64,000 nucleotides of DNA from Deltaproteobacteria bacterium (GCA_040223695.1 JAVKFU010000015.1:106534-170533), one strand, 5' to 3'. Counted from the first letter of the stretch, positions 1-11,304 are shown. The notes: generated from the letters alone by a model not told the origin. A program made the numbers and translations.

Positions 1-1267
1 GGGTATAGAGCTCGCGCGTGAGCATTTGCCGGACATAGCCATAATAGACCTAAAGCTGCCCGATCTCGACGGTCTCAACGTCTTGCAGCACCTCTCCAGG
101 ATTGACCCTCCTCCTATATCGATAATAGTCACGGCCCATGGTTACGTTGAAGCCGCCGTTTCCGCAATGAGGCTGGGCGCGTACGATTTCGTCGAAAAAC
201 CCTTTCCGGTAGATAAAATAAAAATCATTATTCAAAACGCGCTCAGCTCAGCCAATCTCAGGAAAACCGTGGACGTATCGACTAGAAGGGAGCAAAAAAA
301 ATACGGCTTCGATTCGCTTGTAGGCGAAAGCGAAGTTATACGCGATTTAACGGCGCTCATTAGAAAGATCGCCGCCGGGGAGCCCAAGATGGTGCTTATT
401 ACGGGGGAGACCGGTACCGGTAAGGGCCTCGCGGCAAAAATACTTCATTACAACAGCAAGAGAGCTGATAAGCCTTTTCTGGAAATGAATTGTGCGGCGA
501 TTCCGGAAAATCTGCTGGAGAGTGAGCTTTTCGGTTATGAGGCCGGGGCGTTTACGGATGCGAAAAAATCCAGGTCCGGGATTTTTGAGGACGCGGACGA
601 AGGGACAATTCTGCTCGATGAAATCGGTGATATGAGTCTTAACCTCCAGGCAAAGCTAATTAAAGTGGTGGAGGAGAGAAACTTCAGAAGGCTGGGGGGT
701 AAAAAGGATATAAAGGTGGATTTACAGATAATCGCCGCCACGAATAAAGACTTAAAAGAGCAGGTAAAAAATGACTTGTTCAGACAGGACCTGTATCACA
801 GATTGAATGTAATTAATTTAGAGATGCCCGGCGTAAGCGCACGGAAGGAAGATATTCCCATTCTGACGGATTACTTCGTCAAATATTTCAACGATGATCT
901 TAACAAAAATATAACAATCATCCCCGAAGAAGTTCGAAAATCATTCCAGCTGTATGACTGGCCCGGCAACGTCCGGGAGCTGAGAAGCACTATAGAGAGG
1001 GCGATGATACTGAGCGAAGGCGAGGAGTTGAATCCAAACTACATACAGCTTGAGATCGAGAATGAAGACATAGAAGTCAGGACGGAAGGAAATAAAATGA
1101 AGCTTGAAATTTCCCTCGACGACTCCTCCCTCGACGATATAGAACAGAAGATAATCAGGCAGACGCTCGAACAATACGACTGGAATCAAACCAGGACGGC
1201 GAAAGCTTTGAAGATAAACAGGCAAAACCTCAGATACCGAATGAAAAAGATGGGGCTTCTAAGCTAA
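1..1267 (+). CDS. sigma-54-dependent response regulator (NtrC/Fis family), 5'-partial. The receiver domain continues upstream of the window.
   Basis: The frame is open from nt 2. It has a receiver motif (IIDLKLPDLDG), an AAA+ sigma-54 activator core (LITGETGTGKGLAAK, ESELFGYE, GAFTDA) and a C-terminal Fis-type HTH (QTRTAKALKINRQNLRYRMKKMG). Confidence 0.85.
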   Translation, partial: GIELAREHLPDIAIIDLKLPDLDGLNVLQHLSRIDPPPISIIVTAHGYVEAAVSAMRLGAYDFVEKPFPVDKIKIIIQNALSSANLRKTVDVSTRREQKKYGFDSLVGESEVIRDLTALIRKIAAGEPKMVLITGETGTGKGLAAKILHYNSKRADKPFLEMNCAAIPENLLESELFGYEAGAFTDAKKSRSGIFEDADEGTILLDEIGDMSLNLQAKLIKVVEERNFRRLGGKKDIKVDLQIIAATNKDLKEQVKNDLFRQDLYHRLNVINLEMPGVSARKEDIPILTDYFVKYFNDDLNKNITIIPEEVRKSFQLYDWPGNVRELRSTIERAMILSEGEELNPNYIQLEIENEDIEVRTEGNKMKLEISLDDSSLDDIEQKIIRQTLEQYDWNQTRTAKALKINRQNLRYRMKKMGLLS

Positions 1268-1299
1268 TCATAGACTATGCGGCCTCTTACGAAATGCCT

Positions 1300-2104
1300 C
1301 TATTTTTTGTCCGAGATAATTACAGCGGCCTCAGGCACAAGCAGTCTGAACGCCAGACTTTCCTGAAGATAAAGCTCTACTTTCGTTTTGCCGTGATCCG
1401 TATATCCGATGGAAATATCCCTGCCTATTACCAGTTCAAAGTCTCCTCCCCTCATGCTTATTACAAGCGCGCCCTTGATCGCAGGCGCCCAGACTATGGG
1501 GCCGTCTATGAGTCTTCTGATATGGTTTATAATTGGGTATCCGCCCTCGACAGTGCTTGCCAGTCCTTTATAGTGTCTGGGACTGAGCGCTATCGCGTAA
1601 GGTCCGGTAACGCCTGTTTCGCGAAGTACCTCCACGGCTTCCGTTATTGCTACGGGGTAAGAGCCGTACCCTGCCTTATTTACCACAGGATCATGCACGC
1701 TGCCTGAGCAAATGCCCTCGAATCCCGCACCCGAGCTTCCGAAGAATACTATACTATCCTCCGCGACGGCAATTTTCTGCGCTGCTTTACGAACCGGGTC
1801 GATCGGGGTCCTCAAGACCCCTGTTCACCGAGTCAAGCTCATCGATTGACAGCTCAAACGGCACTTTAAGCTCTACCATAGGTCTCACTATTCTTGTGTG
1901 CGCCTCCACCCCTGCGACCGGTCCTTCTTTTTCTTTCCTGTACCTGCCCAGATTTACCGCGGAGTAATCCCATCCCTCGGGCCCCCTGAAATCCACCAAT
2001 TTACGGGCCGCGAGATAACTCCTCAAGGTGTGTTGTGCTTCTTCCTCTATTTCCGACCATGCTTCTTCGGTGATGGGTGCCAGTTCTCTTTTGAGGTCGT
2101 TCAT
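1300..2104 (-). CDS. Family-1 encapsulin shell protein (linocin M18-like), interrupted by a frameshift near 1800-1820.
   Basis: ORFs 1787..2104 (N-terminal half, MNDLKRELAPITEEAWSEIEE..GPEGWDY..) and 1300..1815 (C-terminal half, ..GYPIINHIRRL..RGGDFELVIGRDISIGYTDH) together align collinearly with the HK97-fold encapsulin sequence recalled from Thermotoga. The frame switches at a GGGG/CCCC run (1805-1821). Confidence 0.8.
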
Positions 2105-2476
2105 GGTTTTTCTTCTCCTTTAAGACTCCCGATATTGAGGGACTCTCCCAAGGCTTTATCCCTATCGTTTCCCTCCGATTCCTCCTTGTCCGCTATGGGT
2201 CCCTCGGTAAAAAGATAATCCCTAAGCTGCTTGTCGAAACCCGGGTCTTTCCTCCTTAACCACTCAAGGGACATGGCGGCATGCTCTTTTTTGCTCTTCA
2301 CGGTTATGTTCGAGAATCTTTCTGAGCTCCTCATCCCCGGTTGCGTCAATGCGCTGCTGATACCAGTCGATCGCCTCCAGTTCCTCTATTAAAGAAACAA
2401 TACCCCTATGCAGCTCCAGCGTACGTTCACTCAGTTTTTCCAGGGGTTCATGAAAATTTGCGCTAGCTTCAGCCAT
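2101..2476 (-). CDS. Encapsulated ferritin-like protein (EncFtn) cargo with a C-terminal targeting peptide. It is frameshifted in a T6/A6 run at 2287-2292.
   Basis: ORFs 2264..2476 (..EAIDWYQQRIDATGDEELRKILEHNREE) and 2101..2349 (KEHAAMSLEWLRR..FTEGPI..SLNIGSLKGEEKP) become one EncFtn-like protein if one A is removed. The C-terminal GSLKG-type motif is typical of encapsulin cargo-loading peptides. The gene lies immediately upstream of the encapsulin gene with a 4-nt overlap. Confidence 0.75.
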
Positions 2477-2542
2477 TTGTTTCCTCCTGTAAAATATGCT
2501 TTGGATAGACCTGTGCTCACCAACTGTAATAAAAAATTAACC

Positions 2543-3436
2543 TCACGATTCTTCCCGCTCCCCTCGTTTGCTTCTCATCAACTTTATCGGAATAGGAAGC
2601 TTTTCATTGTAGATTTTGAGCTCCAGAATGTCTGCCGGAAGGGTTATCTTGTTTTCTAAAAGAGCCTTCTTGGCCTCGTCCATAACGTCATTCTTAATCT
2701 CGAGATCATCCTTCCTGTAATCAAAAGTATCGACCCAAAAGAATACGCGCATATTGATCGTGCTCGTGGCTAGATCTTCAACGTAGACTACAGGCGCCCT
2801 TTCTTCTCCCAATACCCCGTCAACTTTACTGATAGCTTCTATTATTACCTTCCTCGCGTTATCAACATCGTCCTCATAATCAATGCCGATCAAAAATTCG
2901 TATCTTAAAAATCCGTCCCTTGTGTAATTGATAAGAGGTGTCTTAACTACCATGGCATTGGGCACATATACATCCTTTCCATCAAATGTCTTTATGCGGG
3001 TGTTTCTGAGGTCAAGCGCTTTTACTATTCCGAAGGTATCCCCCGTCTCTACCTTGTCACCGATATTATAGGGCCTCGCGAACGCAAGTATAATCCCCGC
3101 CAGAAAATTCTCGCCGATATCCTTGAAGGCAAAGCCTATGATTAAAGCAGACACGCCCGCTCCGGCTATGAGACCTCCGGCAATGCCCCCGAGACCGAGC
3201 ACGAACATACCCAGGATAATTCCCGCTACTATGAGCGACCACTTGGACAGCCTTCCGAGAAATCTTGCCAGCAAAGGATCGTCGATACGAGACGAAGCCC
3301 CTTTTGTAATTAAACGGCTGATTTTAGCGCCGATTAAAACCATAATGATGAGGATAATCAGCGCGATCGCAATCTTGGGAACCAATACGAGGAAAGTTTC
3401 CCAATAGCCCTCGAGTATCTGAGCCATCTCATTCAA
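2543..3436 (-). CDS. Mechanosensitive ion channel protein, MscS family.
   Basis: N-terminal TM helices followed by an MscS beta-domain signature (FAFKDIGENFLAGIIL...GDKVETGDTFGIVKALDLRNTRIKTFDGKDVYVPN). Confidence 0.8.
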   Translation of the reverse strand: MNEMAQILEGYWETFLVLVPKIAIALIILIIMVLIGAKISRLITKGASSRIDDPLLARFLGRLSKWSLIVAGIILGMFVLGLGGIAGGLIAGAGVSALIIGFAFKDIGENFLAGIILAFARPYNIGDKVETGDTFGIVKALDLRNTRIKTFDGKDVYVPNAMVVKTPLINYTRDGFLRYEFLIGIDYEDDVDNARKVIIEAISKVDGVLGEERAPVVYVEDLATSTINMRVFFWVDTFDYRKDDLEIKNDVMDEAKKALLENKITLPADILELKIYNEKLPIPIKLMRSKRGEREES

Positions 3437-3510
3437 TTTTCATTGTCTCCCGATCAGTTGAACTGCTTTATAGAGTTATAAAAAAATGTACGAGTTTAAG
3501 CCGGCTGATC

Positions 3511-4455
3511 TCAAGCCGGTCTCTTCTCTCCGCCGGATGCAAATTCGGTGGCTTTATCTTCTTTATCATTCTCAGTTTCTGTGTTCTTTTTGCTGAAAAC
3601 CGTCTCCAGAGGCTCCTTGAATGTGAGTGTGCGATAAGGAAACGGAATCTCGATTCCGGCTTCGTCGAGCGCCCCTTTGACCGCGGCCACCACTTCGTCA
3701 CGGGACTTTCTGATCTCGAGCGGACTCGAACCGGTCCACCATGTAACTTCAAAATCTATGCTGCTCGCGCCGAAGGCCTGTGCGAATATCTGGACTTCCC
3801 TGCTGTTATCGACACTATCGAGGCCCTCGACAGCCTCCTTTATTACCGCCCTCGACTCATCGACATCCTCCCCGTAGGCAACTCCGCACATTACCGTAAT
3901 ACGCCTCAGATCAAGGTCCGTTCTGACCTGCACCGGGTTTTTAAACAACATTGCGTTCGGTATTACGATACGCTGACCGTCGACCCTTCTTATGTAGGTG
4001 TCACGAATGTTGATGTCTTCCACAAACCCTTCCATGCCCTCGCATTCTATGAAATCCCTCAATTGAAAAGGCTCTCGGAGCAGTATCAGTATTCCGGCGA
4101 GAAAGTTCTCGAATATATCCTTGAAAGCAAAACCTATCGCGATCGAACTCAAACCTATGACAGTCAGCAACTTAGCCGGCGTGAAATCGGGGAAAATGAT
4201 CACCGCAGCAACCATGACGCCAATAAGCCATATAAATATGTAGCTAAGTTTCCTGAATAATTCGGATAGTGAGTCGCGGAGCCTAATACGCCTGAAAAAA
4301 GAGTTCAGAACCCGGTCGACCAGGCGGTATATCAACCAGGTTATAAAAAGCACGATTAGCGCTATGAGAATTTTTGGAAGGTGGGCGAGAAAGCTTTCAC
4401 CCATCTTGGTCGCGCTTTCCAGAATGATATTTACAGGTTCCATAATGTTCTCCAT
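3511..4455 (-). CDS. Mechanosensitive ion channel protein, MscS family (tandem paralog).
   Basis: Same architecture and motifs as the neighbouring gene (FAFKDIFENFLAGILIL...IPNAMLFKNP). Confidence 0.8.
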   Translation of the reverse strand: MENIMEPVNIILESATKMGESFLAHLPKILIALIVLFITWLIYRLVDRVLNSFFRRIRLRDSLSELFRKLSYIFIWLIGVMVAAVIIFPDFTPAKLLTVIGLSSIAIGFAFKDIFENFLAGILILLREPFQLRDFIECEGMEGFVEDINIRDTYIRRVDGQRIVIPNAMLFKNPVQVRTDLDLRRITVMCGVAYGEDVDESRAVIKEAVEGLDSVDNSREVQIFAQAFGASSIDFEVTWWTGSSPLEIRKSRDEVVAAVKGALDEAGIEIPFPYRTLTFKEPLETVFSKKNTETENDKEDKATEFASGGEKRPA

Positions 4456-4527
4456 AATCCGCTTTTCCCGTTAACGAGTTTTTATAAGGACTCGACGACC
4501 ATCTAATGCCGTACTTATTCTATAATT

Positions 4528-6129
4528 CTACTTATTTATCAATTTTAGTAAATTCAACGAAGTATTCTTGAGCTTATCGGGATTCGGCATTTTTCCCAGC
4601 CTCAGCAGTTCTTCAATCGCCGCCATTTCCCGGTCCCTCTTATTTCCGCCTGCGGCCAGGACCTTGCCTTCGCTGACGAAGAAGGTAATAAAATCCTTAT
4701 TGGAGACGTTTCCCCAGGTTATGAGATAATCCCAGGATTCCGCGTGTCCGACGTAGCGGAAATTAAGCCCTGCCTGCGCGGTCCAGAAAAAAGGAACCAA
4801 GATCGAGGGTATTCCGTTTTCAAGCATGTTAACCGCGGCGTGTATGCCTTCCTGCTCGGCTGTCCGCCAGTGTTCTATTCTGACATGTTTTCCGGTTTCC
4901 ATGTCGGGATAGGAAGCTATATCCCCCGCCGCATATATATTTTTCGCCGCGCGGTAGGCTTCGTCCACTTTTATACCTCCGTCCGGATCAAGTTCGAGGC
5001 CTTGTATGAAATCCGTTACGGGCTCGACGCCTATTCCGACTATTACTAGCTCGGCCTCTACCTCATCCCCGTTGTCCAGGATCACTCTCTCAACCTTGCC
5101 GTTCCCTTTGAATTCCGAAACTTTGCGCTCAAGCTTAAAAGTTACGCCGTTATTTTCATGCTCGGTTTTGAACATACCGCCTATCTCCGCTCCGAAAACT
5201 TTTTCAAAAGGCACCGATTCCCTTCCGATTACCGTCACGCTGATACCCCGCTCCGTTAGATTGTGCGCGGTTTCCATGCCTATGAAACTCGCCCCGATGA
5301 CAGCGGCTCTGGAGATTTTCTCGGCAGAGTCAATTATCCTGTCCGCATCGCTGAAACTCCTCAGTGTAAATATGTTTTCCAACCCCGAGCCGGGAGCGTC
5401 CAGCTTCCTTGCACTGCCCCCTGTCGCAACTAGGACCTTATCGTATTCAAGCTCCGTGCCGTCATCGAGCCTGACTGTATTTGTAGAGCCGTCAAGCCTC
5501 ACGACTTTGCGACCAAGCACCGTTTCTATTCCGTATTCATCGTAGAAGTCCTCGGACCTGAGCGGCATCCATTCCTCTTTCGCTTCGCCGCTCAGATACT
5601 CTTTGCTCAAATTGGGGCGATCATAGGGAAGCTTGTTCTCACGTGAAATCATGATTATGCGTCCCTTGTAACCGTTTTCACGGAGGGCCTGAGCCGCCGC
5701 GTAGCCCGCTGCACCGGCTCCGATTATAATAAAAGTCCTTTTATCAATCGAGGGCTCCGCCTTTGACATCTCGGGTTTACGCCTGCCCTTGAATTCCTCC
5801 GGGAGCATTAAAACGAGATTATCGCCTTGTGTTTTCAGTTCGTAAGAGACAAGCGCGTCCAGTGCGGGGGGCTCCATTAAATCCCCGGTCTTCGCATTGA
5901 AACAGGCATGGTGCCACGGACATACAATCCTGCCGTCGCTCAAAATACCCTTTTCGAGAGGAGCTCCGTAGTGTGTACAGAACGCGCTTACGGCAAAGAA
6001 TTCACCGTCGATTCGGCTTATCAGCACCTTGTCGTCGGAGTCATCCAGGGCAACTGTTTTCATTTCATTATCTTTAAAATCTTCCAGTTTTCCAACAATT
6101 ACTTCTTTCATTTTCACGAAACCTCCCAC
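4528..6129 (-). CDS. Rieske [2Fe-2S] domain fused to an FAD/NAD(P)-binding pyridine nucleotide-disulfide oxidoreductase (ferredoxin-reductase/AIF-like).
   Basis: Rieske ligands CTHYGAPL...CPWHHACF at the N-terminus. Rossmann motifs IIGAGAAGYAAA and VIGASFIGMETA. A C-terminal reductase dimerisation region. Confidence 0.8.
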   Translation of the reverse strand: MGGFVKMKEVIVGKLEDFKDNEMKTVALDDSDDKVLISRIDGEFFAVSAFCTHYGAPLEKGILSDGRIVCPWHHACFNAKTGDLMEPPALDALVSYELKTQGDNLVLMLPEEFKGRRKPEMSKAEPSIDKRTFIIIGAGAAGYAAAQALRENGYKGRIIMISRENKLPYDRPNLSKEYLSGEAKEEWMPLRSEDFYDEYGIETVLGRKVVRLDGSTNTVRLDDGTELEYDKVLVATGGSARKLDAPGSGLENIFTLRSFSDADRIIDSAEKISRAAVIGASFIGMETAHNLTERGISVTVIGRESVPFEKVFGAEIGGMFKTEHENNGVTFKLERKVSEFKGNGKVERVILDNGDEVEAELVIVGIGVEPVTDFIQGLELDPDGGIKVDEAYRAAKNIYAAGDIASYPDMETGKHVRIEHWRTAEQEGIHAAVNMLENGIPSILVPFFWTAQAGLNFRYVGHAESWDYLITWGNVSNKDFITFFVSEGKVLAAGGNKRDREMAAIEELLRLGKMPNPDKLKNTSLNLLKLINK

Positions 6130-6819
6130 ACTACCCAGTATAAAGATGCAACTTCTAGATTTCTATGGAAATTTTAAAGTGGGTGCAGGAACTGGGTGCA
6201 GGAACATTGTATACATAAAATAAGCAATATGAATACCAGATGGCCGGGTACTGATAAAATGTAGTGATTTGAGCTGCTTAGATTAAATGCTGATAATTGG
6301 GATGTGCGGATAGAATTAAGAACTGTTTAATATTCAACAGCAGTATGTGAATAATAATTATCAGTATTTTGACGAGAGCATGCTAATTTTTGTAATCACA
6401 CAATTATTCCCAATCACGCGATAGGCTACGGGACTTCCCGGTGGGATCGGGGGGAGGGGGTTCGGGCGGCGGTTCCGGCTCAGGGTCGGGAGGCGGGGGC
6501 TCGGGCGGATCTTCCGGATTCGGCCTTTCGTAGAATTCAAAGTTTCTTTTTTTGAAATTCAAATCCATTCTCGTCATGAATTTCTAAATAAACTGTTCTC
6601 CGGTTCTGTATCATTACAATAATAACATAGTTAAACTCCATGTGTTAAAAAATGTCTCCACAGAGTTCCGCTTGATTACTGCGGGCAGCTTGTGAATAAT
6701 TTGAGTCCCTTTGAAAGGAATTTAGTTCATTACTTAAGATGCCATGACGATTATACACTTTGTATGTATAATTCAGCCTGAAAGCTAAGTTAACTATCAC
6801 GTAAACAACAGGATGAGAT

Positions 6820-7935
6820 ATGAGCGACAACGAAGTCGAGAACAACCAAAAACCGGAGCCGGATATTGGCAAGCTGGGTAAATTATTCAACGGCACTTTA
6901 AGCGTTCGGTCCCTTTCTATTTCAGGACTCTTTATACTGGCCGTTCTATATACTTTATACGTAGCGCGCGCGATTTTTATACCTATCTCCTTCGCGATTC
7001 TTTTAAGTCTTCTTCTCGCTCCTGCTGTGAACGCACTGAAAAAAATAAGGATTCCTGAAGAGCTGGGAGCCGCGGTTGTGCTGATTTTGCTCCTGGGAAT
7101 CCTGTCAGCGAGTGTTTACGTTTTTTATCAACCGGCTACGGAATGGCTGCAAAAAGCACCTCAGAGCTTCACGAAGGTAGAACAGAAACTACGCGTTATT
7201 AAAGAACCGGTGGAGAAGGTTAGTGAGGCAACAAAGAGCGTTGAGAAAATTACGGAGGTTGAAGCCGAGCCCCTGGGTTCGACCGTGGAGGTAAAAAGGG
7301 AGAGCCTGATGGATGTCCTCATCTCTCAAACCTGGGAATTTGCGTTCGGTGTCGCGACAATGATAATACTTCTTTACTTCCTGCTCGCGTCCGGCGATCT
7401 CTTCCTCAGGAAGGTTATAAACATCCTTCCGAAATTGAATGATAAAAAACGCGCGGTCGAGATAGCGCGTCATATCGAAAGCCATATTTCCAACTACCTC
7501 TATACAATTGTGACTATAAATATATTCCTGGGGGCGGCGGTGGGCGGGGCGCTGTATCTCCTTAAAATGCCTAACCCGTTCCTATGGGGCATTATGGCCG
7601 GACTACTAAACTTCGTCCTCTACCTCGGACCGACTGTGGGCATAATAATAGTGGCTATCGTGGCCTCCGCAACCTTCGATAATTTTTATCAGGTCTTACT
7701 TCCTCCTCTGGCTTATTTCATAATTAACGGGCTGGAGGGAAACTTTATAACCCCCATGATACTGGGCAGACGTCTTCTGCTAAATCCTGTCGTCATATTT
7801 CTGGCTCTGCTGTTCTGGGGGTGGATATGGGGCATACCGGGGGCGCTTATAGCCGTGCCGATTGTGGTAATAATTAAAATAATCTGTGACAACGTCGAGT
7901 CGCTCGCGGCGATTGGAGAGTTTCTGGGGAAATAA
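6820..7935 (+). CDS. AI-2E family transporter (PerM/UPF0118 permease).
   Basis: Polytopic membrane protein with the typical AI-2E C-terminal region (GLLNFVLYLGPTVG...PGALIAVPIVVIIK). Confidence 0.75.
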   Translation: MSDNEVENNQKPEPDIGKLGKLFNGTLSVRSLSISGLFILAVLYTLYVARAIFIPISFAILLSLLLAPAVNALKKIRIPEELGAAVVLILLLGILSASVYVFYQPATEWLQKAPQSFTKVEQKLRVIKEPVEKVSEATKSVEKITEVEAEPLGSTVEVKRESLMDVLISQTWEFAFGVATMIILLYFLLASGDLFLRKVINILPKLNDKKRAVEIARHIESHISNYLYTIVTINIFLGAAVGGALYLLKMPNPFLWGIMAGLLNFVLYLGPTVGIIIVAIVASATFDNFYQVLLPPLAYFIINGLEGNFITPMILGRRLLLNPVVIFLALLFWGWIWGIPGALIAVPIVVIIKIICDNVESLAAIGEFLGK

Positions 7936-8295
7936 CACTGGCTTACATATGAACTGAGTTCCGATAAAAATATTAATGCCGCTGATATGATCTCCAATGT
8001 CTTTATTGGGAATACATCCATTGACATACCCGCTGCTTTCAAACTAGGATTGCAAAACAGCGGCACTTTCTTTAGCTGACATTGATGTTTTTAATTTAAC
8101 CGCTCTATCGGGGCTCTTCATTTACTTCACCAAATGGGAAACAGCTCCCGTATCGGTGTCGGCGCCAATACCGTCAAAAGCCGCGCGTGCGCGCTAGGGA
8201 CAGGTTAAACACCTGCTCACACTATATGTGCGGCACTGTCATTAGAGTGTATATTCTGCACCATTCGCCCTGGACTGCAAGGCTTTCTTGAGCCG

Positions 8296-11200
8296 TCAAT
8301 TCATAAAACCGGCACAGAAAATCTCATTCACCCGGACTTTAAACTTCTCCAGTTTAAAGGGTTTAATTATGTATGGATTTCCCGCCTCATGCAGGAAATC
8401 TATGGTTTCGTCGCTAGGGTCGCCCGTTATGAATATAAACCGGCTTGAAAGTTCCGGATTTGTTTTTTTAACTTCATAAAACAGGTTGACCCCGTTTATT
8501 TCAGGCATTTTTATATCACAGACAATCAAGTCATATTTGCTTGAATTTATTTTCTTGAGCGCCTCCCTGCCGTTTGAAGCCACGTCTACAATACTTTCTC
8601 CCTCTTCCAGAACAGCTTTCACAAGTTCTGTTACGATCGCCTCGTCCTCTACTATCAATACTCTTTTTTTCTTTAATTCTTTTGAGAAACCGTGTTCAAT
8701 TTCGTCTTTGCCGATTTGGGGCTTCGTATCCGGCTTTATTATTGGCAAGGTAATAATAAACCTTGTGCCCTCTTTACGTTTATTTTGTATCTGAATATCC
8801 CCGCCGTGTTCTTTGATAATTCCATAGGCGACGGAAAGACCGAGTCCGGTTCCTTTCCCGGGCTCCTTGGTTGTGAAAAACGGATCAAAGATTTTTCCTT
8901 TTATTTTTTCCGGAATGCCGGGCCCGTCGTCCGTAAAAGAAATTTCTATAATGCTATCTTTCTTGATTCCGGTGCTGACTTCCAAACTACCCCGGTTTTG
9001 AGATTCAACAACTGCCTGCTCTGCGTTTAATATTACGTTGGTAAAAACCTGTTGAATCTGATTCGGGTCTACCATTGTTCTCGGCAGTGCGGCGTCCAGT
9101 TTCTTTGCAATTTTTATGTTGTCCAGTTTTAGCTGGTATTCTCTGAACTCAATCGATTTTTCCAGCAGGTCATTAATGTCTTCGTAGCTTCTGACCGGAG
9201 AATATTTTCTGGAAAATGAAAGGAGTTTTTCTATAACTTTATGAACTCTCTGGGCGGAGCTATGAATGATTTCTATGGAGTCTTTATTCTGCCGGTCAAT
9301 ATCGGGCTTCGTTAACAGCCTCTGCGAATAACCTATAATCGGGGTAAGCGGATTGTTAATTTCGTGAGCTATGCTTGAAATAAGCTGACCTAAGGACGCC
9401 AGCTTCTCTGACTGAATCAACTGCTCCTGTGTTTTTTTTATCTCATCAATCATCTTCGCTTTCGCGATTGCGATTGCAATCTGGTCTCCGAGTGCGGAAA
9501 GAAAAAGTACTTCTTTTTCGCTGAATTTTCGCTCCTTATAGCTGAGAAACCATATAACGCCTATTACATTATGTTTCAGGTATATGGGCATGCCCAGAAG
9601 ACTGTGATGCCCGAGTTTTTTTCCGCTGGGTCCAATGTCGGGATCTTTCTGGGCGTCTTCGATATTTATTATTTTCCCGCTGTTTATCACTTTCCATGTT
9701 ATTCCGACAGGGCAGGGTATTTTTGCCGCTTTTTTTAAATAATAATCCGGTACATTCCTGTATGCCTCCAGTACGGCTTCTTTCCTCTCTTCATCGAGCA
9801 GGTAGATCATCGCTATGTCAACGTTTTGCATTGAGATAATTGTATCAAGCGCGACTTTGTAGACTTCTTCCAGGTCCAGAAACCTGTGAACGGCTTCCAT
9901 CAGTTTATTGAGAAGAGTTAATTCTTCCTCTGCTTTCTTTCGCATTTTATAGGCTGAAAGAATTTCCCCCGCTATGCGTAATAGTCTGATTTCTTCTTCA
10001 AGCCAGACGCGGGACCTCTGTGCGTCGTTTAAGCTCATGTATCCCCAGAGCTCACCCTTGGCTGAAATTATTGGAACAGCTATAAGGGAGCGTATATTAT
10101 TGGATTTAAAAAGTTTTTTTTCTGCATCGGCTTCAATCGGAAGGGAGTCCGTATCTTCTATCGCTATATTCTCACCGGCTGTCAGTTTCTTCATCCACCA
10201 CGGGTAAAGCGCGCAATCGATATTTTGATTAATATGCTCCTCGGAATCCGTTCCGGAATCAGACCAGGAAAACGTTTTACCTGAGGAGATGCCGGATTCA
10301 GGAAATTGATAAACGTATCCGCTGTTGACAGCGAGCGTAGTACACAGAATGTTAAGAACCCTGTTTAATCCCACATCATCGGAGCTGACAAATATTTTTG
10401 AAATTTCGGCCAGCGCGTTTTCTATCGAGAGCTGGTACCTTATCTTCTTTTCTGATTCGACGCGCTCCGTGATGTCCCTTGTAATTATTACCCCCCGAAT
10501 CTCGCCGTTACCCGTGATGAACGGATTTCCCGTGCATTCAAGCCAGTTATATTGACCGTTTTTATCCCTGGCTCTGAAAGTAGCAGTTTCGGTTGTCATA
10601 TTTAAAACAGCCCTTCTGAAAGTCTCCAGAGCGTTGGGGAGGTCGTCGGGGTGGATAAACTCAAATGCGTTTTTGCCTGTAAGCTCTGACTGCTCGTATC
10701 CCGTGAGTTCCGTGCAAGGGGGATTGACGTACAGAATGTTTCCCAGAGAATCGACCTCGTATATGAGTTCATAGCTGTTCTCCACGATGGTTCTATACCT
10801 TTTCTCGCTTTCGATTACTGCGTTTTCCGCCTCTTTAATTCGTGTAATGTCCCTGAATACGAATACTGCGCCTTTAACTTTCTTACGTCCATCCATTATA
10901 GGCGCGCAGCTTGCCGACAGGAAAAGACGCGAACCGTCACGAGATATCAGAACCGTGTCATTCGGAAGTCCGACTTTCTTCCCCATATTCATCGCTTTGG
11001 TTGCCGGATTTTTGCACGGCTTATCGTTTCGTTTATTTACAAGGCAAAAGACTTCGCTGAGAGATTTTCCCGTGGCTTCATCACAGCTCCATCCTGTAAG
11101 CTGTCCGGCCCTGTTATTGAATAGAATTATTTTCTCCCGCTTGTCAACGATAATGACTCCGTCACCGATGCTCTGAAAGGTAACGGATTGCTCGTTTATC

Positions 11201-11304
11201 CGCCTTTCGAGCTCTTTATTATTTTTCTTCAAACGGGAAACCTGGCGGCGTAGGTCCCCGGTCTCGCTGATCAGCTGTGCTTTGGATATATCTTCATATG
11301 CCAT
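8296..11304 (-). CDS. Hybrid sensor histidine kinase with multiple PAS and GAF domains and a C-terminal receiver domain.
   Basis: PAS S-boxes, GAF regions, HisKA ([18 protein letters not shown]), HATPase_c (DDGPGIP...[18 protein letters not shown]) and a receiver domain ([10 protein letters not shown]...[15 protein letters not shown]). Confidence 0.85.
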   Translation of the reverse strand: MAYEDISKAQLISETGDLRRQVSRLKKNNKELERRINEQSVTFQSIGDGVIIVDKREKIILFNNRAGQLTGWSCDEATGKSLSEVFCLVNKRNDKPCKNPATKAMNMGKKVGLPNDTVLISRDGSRLFLSASCAPIMDGRKKVKGAVFVFRDITRIKEAENAVIESEKRYRTIVENSYELIYEVDSLGNILYVNPPCTELTGYEQSELTGKNAFEFIHPDDLPNALETFRRAVLNMTTETATFRARDKNGQYNWLECTGNPFITGNGEIRGVIITRDITERVESEKKIRYQLSIENALAEISKIFVSSDDVGLNRVLNILCTTLAVNSGYVYQFPESGISSGKTFSWSDSGTDSEEHINQNIDCALYPWWMKKLTAGENIAIEDTDSLPIEADAEKKLFKSNNIRSLIAVPIISAKGELWGYMSLNDAQRSRVWLEEEIRLLRIAGEILSAYKMRKKAEEELTLLNKLMEAVHRFLDLEEVYKVALDTIISMQNVDIAMIYLLDEERKEAVLEAYRNVPDYYLKKAAKIPCPVGITWKVINSGKIINIEDAQKDPDIGPSGKKLGHHSLLGMPIYLKHNVIGVIWFLSYKERKFSEKEVLFLSALGDQIAIAIAKAKMIDEIKKTQEQLIQSEKLASLGQLISSIAHEINNPLTPIIGYSQRLLTKPDIDRQNKDSIEIIHSSAQRVHKVIEKLLSFSRKYSPVRSYEDINDLLEKSIEFREYQLKLDNIKIAKKLDAALPRTMVDPNQIQQVFTNVILNAEQAVVESQNRGSLEVSTGIKKDSIIEISFTDDGPGIPEKIKGKIFDPFFTTKEPGKGTGLGLSVAYGIIKEHGGDIQIQNKRKEGTRFIITLPIIKPDTKPQIGKDEIEHGFSKELKKKRVLIVEDEAIVTELVKAVLEEGESIVDVASNGREALKKINSSKYDLIVCDIKMPEINGVNLFYEVKKTNPELSSRFIFITGDPSDETIDFLHEAGNPYIIKPFKLEKFKVRVNEIFCAGFMN

